Origin: an uncultured Rhodopirellula sp.
GTDB taxonomy: Bacteria; Planctomycetota; Planctomycetia; Pirellulales; Pirellulaceae
Length of the DNA stretch: 64,000 nt
Assembly (NCBI GenBank): GCA_964007735.1
Contig: CAXGAI010000010.1
Location: forward strand, 1-64,000
Direction: 5' to 3'
The notes under the pieces were generated by a model. The model was not told where the DNA came from and searched no databases. It saw only the letters and a list, made by a program, of their open reading frames with translations. The translations under genes were made by a program, and so were the position numbers. Of the stretch, positions 57,516 through 64,000 are shown in pieces (position 1 is the stretch's first letter; the number at the start of each line of letters is the position of its first letter).

Positions 57516-59207
57516 ATGTTTTCTTCATCAACCATGATTAAGGATTATCAATCTATAAGTTGTCCGGCCACGCCGACGAGTATTGGAAAATACTTGATTG
57601 AGCGACTGCAGGACTATGGAATTGCTGACATCTTTGGTATTCCCGGCGACTATGTATTATCTTTTTACAGTCTGCTGGAAGAAAGCGACATCAATGTGAT
57701 TGGTTGCACACGCGAAGATAATGCAGGATTTGCTGCGGATGCCTATGCGCGAGTCAATGGAATGGGGGCAGTCTGTGTTACCTACTGTGTAGGCGGCCTT
57801 AGTGTGTGCAATTCGATTGCCGGGGCCTTTGCTGAAAAGTCTCCGGTTGTTTTGCTCACTGGCTCTCCGGGATACCAGGAGCGACTCAACAATCCACTGT
57901 TACACCATAAAGTTCGAGATTTTCGAACTCAAGTCGATGTCTTTGACAAACTCTGCATCACAGGAACTGAATTGTCCGATCCGGCAACGGCATTTCAAGA
58001 GATCGATCGGGTATTGGAGATGGCTTACCGCTATAAACGACCTGTGTATATCGACATTCCGCGAGACATGGTCAACGTCGCACCTCAAACAACCCACCGT
58101 CATGTCTTCCCGCCGCTTCCAACAGACGAGCGAGCACTGCAGGAAGCTTGTAACGAAATCACGGCGTTGCTGAATCAAGCCGAGAAGCCTGTCATCGTTG
58201 CCGGCGTTGAGATTCATCGTTTTGACTTACAAGATGCGCTCATTCACTTCGCCGAAAAGAATAATATCCCGATCGCTTCAACACTTCTTGGGAAAAGTGT
58301 CGTGAGGGAGAACCATCCACTCTATGTCGGACTATATGAGGGAGCGATTGGACGCGAGGAAGTGACTGAGTATGTAGAGTCGAGCGACTGTATCCTAATG
58401 CTGGGAACCTTCATGACAGATCTAAATCTAGGCATCTATACTGCTAATCTTGATCCTAGAAAATGCATCTCTGCAACCAGCGAAACGCTTGAAATCCACC
58501 ATCATCATTACAAGGATGTACCACTGGATGAGTTGATACCGGAGCTAATTCTCCGAAACATCAAGTACTGTCGTCGCTTCATCGATCCAACGGTTCGCGA
58601 GCCGGTATCACGGTATGTGATTGACTACACCGCACAAATCAGTATCCGTCGGATGATCGATCGTCTAAATCAATCGCTGGACGATGAAACAATTGTGATC
58701 GCCGACATAGGTGACTCATTATTTGCATCAACTCGGTTGCAAACTCAGGGGCGAACGGAATTTTTAAGCCCGGCTTATTATACCTCAATGGGATTCAGTA
58801 TCCCGGCCACGTTAGGAGCTCAAACAGCCATGCCGGATCATCGTGTGATTACGATTTGCGGGGATGGGGCATTTCAAATGACATGTTTGGAACTGTCGAC
58901 AATTGTACGGCGAGGTCTTAGTCCCATTGTCATCGTTCTAGACAACGGTGGTTACGGCACGGAGCGCGCTCTTCATCCAGGCAACTGGGGCTATAACGAA
59001 ATCCATCGTTGGTCTTATGGAGAATTAACTCGCGTGATAGGCGGTGGAATCTCCCATCGAATCCAGACAGAGGAAGATTTCGATAAGGCGTTGAAAGCAG
59101 CATTAGCTGACACTACGAATATGCACCTACTGCACGTAGAAATTGACCGGCGAGATGCTAGTGAAACTTTAACTCGTCTGGCAGACAAGATGAGTTCGAG
59201 AGTGTAA
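57516..59207 (+). CDS. ThDP-dependent alpha-keto acid decarboxylase (indolepyruvate/phenylpyruvate decarboxylase family)
   Basis: GIPGDY, REDNAGFAADAYAR, LLHH, GDGAFQMT...DNGGY; AAGGAGG ribosome-binding site before ATG 57516. Confidence 0.9.
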   Translation: MFSSSTMIKDYQSISCPATPTSIGKYLIERLQDYGIADIFGIPGDYVLSFYSLLEESDINVIGCTREDNAGFAADAYARVNGMGAVCVTYCVGGLSVCNSIAGAFAEKSPVVLLTGSPGYQERLNNPLLHHKVRDFRTQVDVFDKLCITGTELSDPATAFQEIDRVLEMAYRYKRPVYIDIPRDMVNVAPQTTHRHVFPPLPTDERALQEACNEITALLNQAEKPVIVAGVEIHRFDLQDALIHFAEKNNIPIASTLLGKSVVRENHPLYVGLYEGAIGREEVTEYVESSDCILMLGTFMTDLNLGIYTANLDPRKCISATSETLEIHHHHYKDVPLDELIPELILRNIKYCRRFIDPTVREPVSRYVIDYTAQISIRRMIDRLNQSLDDETIVIADIGDSLFASTRLQTQGRTEFLSPAYYTSMGFSIPATLGAQTAMPDHRVITICGDGAFQMTCLELSTIVRRGLSPIVIVLDNGGYGTERALHPGNWGYNEIHRWSYGELTRVIGGGISHRIQTEEDFDKALKAALADTTNMHLLHVEIDRRDASETLTRLADKMSSRV

Positions 59208-59309
59208 ATATCAGGCAGACAGAACAACCTGCAACTAACAATTCTGGGCCGCTCTGCTTTCGCTAATTTACCGTAGATTCCGTTGCGTTGATCAACAAAT
59301 CTTCAACGC

Positions 59310-62300
59310 TTAACGAGCGTAACTCGGACGATTCTGGACTTTGGGTGGACTGGTAATCATTTGGATATGACCTCCGCCTAGAAGGTCATCGATTCGATTG
59401 CGGAGTTCATTATTGATCTCCACACCCTGAGCCTGAGAATCAAGAGTCACCGTCGTACCATCCGACAGTTGAATCAATAACTGAAGCTTACGACGGCCTG
59501 GATAGGCCCGGGTTACCTCACGTAGCTTGGAAATCATCTGTACACCATGGGTGGATTCCTGAATGCGAACAATCATCCCGGTCGTATATCGATCCTCGAT
59601 CTGAGACAGAGGAACAAGTTCATTGATGATGATATTACATTCATCACCTCCTCCCCGGCGATCGACCACTCCTTTAATAATCACAATGTCATCCGGTACG
59701 ATCAAATGGCCAAATTCAGCATACTGTCGGGGCCACATGATACAACGGACGGAACCGTCAACATCTTCCAAGTCAAAATTCGCATATTTGGACGGCTGCC
59801 CCGGCTTTGGATTTCTGGTGTGAGCTTCTTTAATGCTCGAAATCATACCCCCAAGGATCACTTGACCACGATCAGAAATATCAAGCAGTTTTGTCGTCGT
59901 ATGTGACGTGAACTGTTTGAGCTTTGCCATATGTTCATCAAGTGGATGAGCTGTCAGATAATAACCTAGCACCTCTTTTTCCATCATCAACTTTTCACGT
60001 TCTGGAGTTTCATCAATTTGCGGCAGGTCAGCTGTTGGGCTGACAGACGACTGATCTTCCGACTCTTCAAATGCTCCGAACATGTTTTGCTGGCCGCTGC
60101 GATTATCAGCTTGCATCGCTTGACCTGCCTGAATGGCTCGCTCCAGAACTTCCATTAACTGACGACGATTGGCGCCAAAGCAATCCATCGCTCCAGCTTT
60201 AATCAGATTTTCAAGAGAACTTCGATTACAAACAGAAGTTTCCACGCGTTCGCAAAGTTCAAAAATATCTTTAAACGGACCATCGGCTTCACGTGCTCTG
60301 ACTAATGCCTCTGCTGCCGCACCGCCACATCCTTTAATCGCCGACATACCAAAGTAAATTCTGCCGTCATCCACCGTAAATTCAACGCCCGACGTATTTA
60401 CACCGGGAGGCACCAGCGCAATCCCCATTCGATCACAATCCTCAATGTGTTCAATCAAGGAATCTTTTCGCATAAAGTTACGCCCTGGAATATCTCCAGT
60501 GAGCAGTGCCGCCATATACTCGACACTATAATGGGCCTTAAGATAAGCCGTTTGATAAGCGATCAATGCATAGGCTGTTGAATGACTTTTATTAAAACCA
60601 TAGCCAGCAAACTTGACGATCATATTCCAGAAATTCTCAGCCTCTCTTTGAGGAAGGCCTTTTTCAACAGCTCCCCGGAAGAAATCTTCCCGATTGGATT
60701 GGATGACCGATTCTTTCTTCTTACTAATCGCCTTAATACAGGTATATGCACTGGCCAATTCAATACCACCGAGCCGGTTTAGAATTCTCATCACCTGCTC
60801 CTGATATACCATCACTCCGTTCGTTTCCTCGAGAATCTCCTTAAGGACTGGATGAGCATATTGCGCTTCTTTTTGACCGTGCTTCACGGCGATATAGTCA
60901 TCGACCATACCACCTTCAAGCGGGCCGGGGCGATACAAAGCATTCGTCGCAATAATATCATGGAAATGATCAGGTTTCATTCGCTGTAATAAATCACGAA
61001 TCCCACCGGACTCAAGCTGGAATACACCTTTCGTCTCGCCACGACATAGCAAATCAAAAGTGGCTTGATCATCCAAAGGGAATTTGAGCGGATCAACGCG
61101 TTTACCTGTGGTTTGTTCGATCAGATCCACCGCAATTCTTAAAATCGTCAGATTCTTTAGTCCCAGAAAATCCATCTTGAGAAGGCCGGCATCTTCCACA
61201 TCATTCATCGACCACTGAGTAATGACGTCTTCTTTACCGGTAACACGGCAGAGTGGTACGTATTCCGTCAATGGTTCGTCGGCGATGACAACTGCCGCAG
61301 CGTGAGTACCCACATTTCTAGCCAGCCCCTCAATTCGTTGGGCCAAGTCAAGCATCTCCCGAATCTCAGGATCAGACTCATAAACCATTTTCATTTCAGC
61401 ACTTTTTTCAAGTGCCGCACTGATTGTGATCTTCAACTCCTCCGGAACCATCCCCGTAATCTGGTTCACACGGTGGAGTGGAATCCCTAAAGTTCGGCCG
61501 ACATCTTTGATCGCGGCTTTACATGCCAACGTCCCAAAAGTACCAATCTGAGCCACATTAGCTTCACCATACTCATCCTTCACATACTGAATCACTTCAC
61601 CCCGGCGATCCTTACAAAAGTCGATATCAATATCAGGAGCTTCCAAGCGATTCTCATCAAGAAATCGTTCAAAGAGCAGGTCATACTTAATCGGACAAAC
61701 ATGGCTGAGATACAGTGCAAAGCAAACAATCGCTCCAACACCACTTCCACGAGCCGTTGCCGGAATTCCCCGTTCACGAGCAACAACGACGAAGTCCCAG
61801 CAAATGAGAAAGTAGTCGTCAAATCCGAGTTTCTCGATGACTCCCAATTCGCGATCGAGGCGTTTTTGAACGATCTCAGCCAGAACCCCGTCCTCACTGA
61901 CCATCTCCGGGTCACCTTCATAACGTTCTCGCAAACCTTCCTCACAAAGTTCGCGAAGGTACTGAGCAGCGTTTCGTTCAGGGGGCAACTTAAATGAAGG
62001 GAAGTAACGCTTCCCTAACTCCAGGTCAATATCGACGGTGTCGGCAATTTCCTGACTTCTGGAAACTGCATCCTCCATCCCCGGAAAGGCCTCGTACATC
62101 TGCTCAGCGCTTTTCAAATAGTACTCGTTGCCGTCCATTTTCATACGAGAAGTGTCCGTACGGAATCTTCCGGTATTAATACACAGCATCACATCCTGAG
62201 CTTCTGCATCCTCAGCATCAACATAATGACAATCACTAGTAGCCACGACCGGAGTCCCCAATTTTTTAGCTACTGCTACCGCACCTTCGAGTGCCATACG

Positions 62301-62873
62301 CTGAATCTCAATTCCGTTATTCATCACTTCGATAAAGTAACGATCACCAAAGAGGGATTCAAACCACTTAGAGGCTTCAATTGCCTTATCTAAATTCGGA
62401 ATATCTCCGTAGCCTTTAAGAATGGCCTGATTAAATTCACTCGAAACACATCCGCTTAAACAGATAATCCCTTCGCTATGATCTTCAAGCAGCTGCTTAT
62501 CAATTCTTGGTTTGTAGTAAAAACCTTCGAGGTACGCATGGGATGCCATCTTTACCAGATTTTTAAACCCGGTACGATTTTGAGCTAGCAACGTAAGGTG
62601 ATAATTCGACTCCCGCATCGAACCGGACTTCTCAAAACGGCTACTCGGAGCAATGTAGGCTTCATAACCGATGATTGGATTGATTTCGTTCTTCCTGCAC
62701 TCTTTATAAAACTGCAAGGCGCCGTGCAAATTTCCGTGATCCGTGATGGCTAAAGCATTAAAACCGTGGTCTTTTGCTCGGCCTACGAGCTTCGGAATAC
62801 TGGACGCGCCATCAAGCAAGCTATAGTGCGTGTGGCAGTGTAAATGAGTAAACGGCCGAGTACTCATGGGCAT
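59310..62873 (-). CDS. dnaE: DNA polymerase III alpha subunit
   Basis: HLHCHTHYSLLDG PHP domain, ARGSG, PDIDIDF, HAAAVVI, KMDFLGL, YGFNKSHS; no intein visible. Confidence 0.98.
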   Translation of the reverse strand: MPMSTRPFTHLHCHTHYSLLDGASSIPKLVGRAKDHGFNALAITDHGNLHGALQFYKECRKNEINPIIGYEAYIAPSSRFEKSGSMRESNYHLTLLAQNRTGFKNLVKMASHAYLEGFYYKPRIDKQLLEDHSEGIICLSGCVSSEFNQAILKGYGDIPNLDKAIEASKWFESLFGDRYFIEVMNNGIEIQRMALEGAVAVAKKLGTPVVATSDCHYVDAEDAEAQDVMLCINTGRFRTDTSRMKMDGNEYYLKSAEQMYEAFPGMEDAVSRSQEIADTVDIDLELGKRYFPSFKLPPERNAAQYLRELCEEGLRERYEGDPEMVSEDGVLAEIVQKRLDRELGVIEKLGFDDYFLICWDFVVVARERGIPATARGSGVGAIVCFALYLSHVCPIKYDLLFERFLDENRLEAPDIDIDFCKDRRGEVIQYVKDEYGEANVAQIGTFGTLACKAAIKDVGRTLGIPLHRVNQITGMVPEELKITISAALEKSAEMKMVYESDPEIREMLDLAQRIEGLARNVGTHAAAVVIADEPLTEYVPLCRVTGKEDVITQWSMNDVEDAGLLKMDFLGLKNLTILRIAVDLIEQTTGKRVDPLKFPLDDQATFDLLCRGETKGVFQLESGGIRDLLQRMKPDHFHDIIATNALYRPGPLEGGMVDDYIAVKHGQKEAQYAHPVLKEILEETNGVMVYQEQVMRILNRLGGIELASAYTCIKAISKKKESVIQSNREDFFRGAVEKGLPQREAENFWNMIVKFAGYGFNKSHSTAYALIAYQTAYLKAHYSVEYMAALLTGDIPGRNFMRKDSLIEHIEDCDRMGIALVPPGVNTSGVEFTVDDGRIYFGMSAIKGCGGAAAEALVRAREADGPFKDIFELCERVETSVCNRSSLENLIKAGAMDCFGANRRQLMEVLERAIQAGQAMQADNRSGQQNMFGAFEESEDQSSVSPTADLPQIDETPEREKLMMEKEVLGYYLTAHPLDEHMAKLKQFTSHTTTKLLDISDRGQVILGGMISSIKEAHTRNPKPGQPSKYANFDLEDVDGSVRCIMWPRQYAEFGHLIVPDDIVIIKGVVDRRGGGDECNIIINELVPLSQIEDRYTTGMIVRIQESTHGVQMISKLREVTRAYPGRRKLQLLIQLSDGTTVTLDSQAQGVEINNELRNRIDDLLGGGHIQMITSPPKVQNRPSYAR

Positions 62874-62923
62874 CCTATCCCTATCGTTGTGAGTCTAAAA
62901 AGAAACCGGTCTAATGGCTTTCA

Positions 62924-62952
62924 ATTCTAAAAAAGAAAACGGCGAAGGACAA
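62924..62952 (-). promoter_or_regulatory. Candidate sigma70-type promoter of dnaE
   Basis: Minus strand TTGTCC-N17-TAGAAT, about 50 nt upstream of the ATG. Confidence 0.5.
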
Positions 62953-63065
62953 TTGACCGCCGTGATAAATATGAGCTGAGTCCTAGCCGACCGCTAGTGT
63001 CCAAGCCGGTTTGCCTGCGGACTATTAAGCAAAGACTTTTGATAGCTCCCACACGGTAAACCCTA

Positions 63066-63749
63066 TTATTCCGGTTCACCAATCCGACGGATATATTCAG
63101 AAACTCGAGATTGCAAATCCAGCAGGCTTTGCCATTTCCGAAAGCTCAACCCCATGGTATCTGTGTCTATTTTAGTGGATGAGTTCATCAAAGATCGCAA
63201 GCGAGCATGTACAAATTCCATAACTTCAGCCAATTGGGCCGCTTGCCCGGGCGATAATCGACTCGGCATCTCTGGTGGATCAAGGACGTGCAGCGCGGCT
63301 TGAATCTCCCGATCATCGTCGTAATTCAGTTCAAAGCCAAGGTCAGCACGTGACGCCAGCGATTCATCCGTATTGCCTCCGGACTCTGAACCGGTATCAC
63401 CAGTACGTTGCTGCTGCAAGCGATCTGCAATCTGATCCCGAGAGCCAAACAAGAGAACACTACGGCCCACTGAGATCAGATCACCATAGCGAAGAATCCT
63501 AATCTGAACTTCCTCCCCGTTGACCTTTGTTCCGTTCGTACTTTCCAGATCAGTAAGAACAACCTGTTCATGATCCAGCTGCAGTTTGACATGAAAACGA
63601 CTAATGCGTTCGTCGTTCAACTGAATCTCATTACCTTCTTCACGACCGATGGTTATCGGCAATTCAAGGTCATTATAGATACGACCCCGATCGGCACCAT
63701 CGAGCACACGTAACGTGAGCGAGTCGGGAAGGGGATGAGATTGATTCAA
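63066..63749 (-). CDS. FHA-domain protein
   Basis: ITIGR, ISRFH and DLESTNGT phosphothreonine-binding motifs; helical C-terminal domain. Confidence 0.92.
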   Translation of the reverse strand: MNQSHPLPDSLTLRVLDGADRGRIYNDLELPITIGREEGNEIQLNDERISRFHVKLQLDHEQVVLTDLESTNGTKVNGEEVQIRILRYGDLISVGRSVLLFGSRDQIADRLQQQRTGDTGSESGGNTDESLASRADLGFELNYDDDREIQAALHVLDPPEMPSRLSPGQAAQLAEVMEFVHARLRSLMNSSTKIDTDTMGLSFRKWQSLLDLQSRVSEYIRRIGEPE

Positions 63750-63870
63750 TATTTTACTCCCGGGAGAAGTTTAGATATCACCAATCGTATACCTGAATTT
63801 AGCTTTTGGGAATCTAGAAAACCGAAGGCATCACCCAGCTTGAACAAATCCATATTTCACTATGCGCATG

Positions 63871-63898
63871 AAAAACGGAACCGCAAAGGCTCCGTTTT
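63871..63898 (-). terminator. Intrinsic terminator downstream of ilvC
   Basis: Minus-strand RNA AAAACGGAGCC-UUUGC-GGUUCCGUUUUU, about 20 nt after the stop. Confidence 0.7.
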
Positions 63899-63919
63899 CC
63901 AGATTGCAGTCCATGTAGA

Positions 63920-64000
63920 TTAATATTCTTTTGCATCAATCCAAGTCATTAGTTTACGCAGGCGACGACCGACCAATTCCAATTCATGGTCTTTATCGAT
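63920..64000 (-). CDS. ilvC: 3' end of ketol-acid reductoisomerase (truncated by the window edge)
   Basis: Hand translation IDKDHELELVGRRLRKLMTWIDAKEY*, matching the H-x-x-E-x-VG-x-x-LR-x-x-M-x-W-I C-terminus of short-chain IlvC. Confidence 0.75.
   Translation of the reverse strand: MDKDHELELVGRRLRKLMTWIDAKEY

Noticed and set aside
59310..62873. Intein in DnaE
   Set aside because: The length (1187 aa) is normal, and motifs such as YGFNKSH are uninterrupted.
1..64000. Mobile elements, prophage, defence systems, rRNA or tRNA genes
   Set aside because: No integrase, transposase, phage structural, restriction, toxin-antitoxin or structured-RNA signatures were seen by eye. A covariance-model search could still find small RNAs.

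Overview
A 64-kb, densely coding, core-genome-like segment of a planctomycete, most likely Pirellulaceae-like. The assignment is inferred from the PVC-signature small basic protein, the double-length UvrA and several planctomycete-style hypotheticals. About 50 CDSs are present, roughly 80% of them on the minus strand. Housekeeping genes include hemG/hemY, folD, sulfite reductase, trpC, purH, hemW, a TM-type tRNase Z, scpA and scpB (separated), larA, accD, rpe, lipA, smpB, uvrA, dnaE and the 3' end of ilvC. I see no rRNA, tRNA, CRISPR array, transposase, integrase or prophage. The most unusual items are: (1) an intact LipA next to a LipB homolog lacking both catalytic residues and a stand-alone lipoyl-like domain with no lysine at all; (2) a Zrg-like ABC/DUF3299 cluster with Cys-motif exported proteins; (3) a four-ATPase UvrA with a duplicated C-terminal domain; (4) two uncharacterised catabolic clusters; (5) a Hanks-type kinase with a tyrosine-kinase-like catalytic loop behind accD. 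All calls come from reading motifs by eye; no database searches were run.
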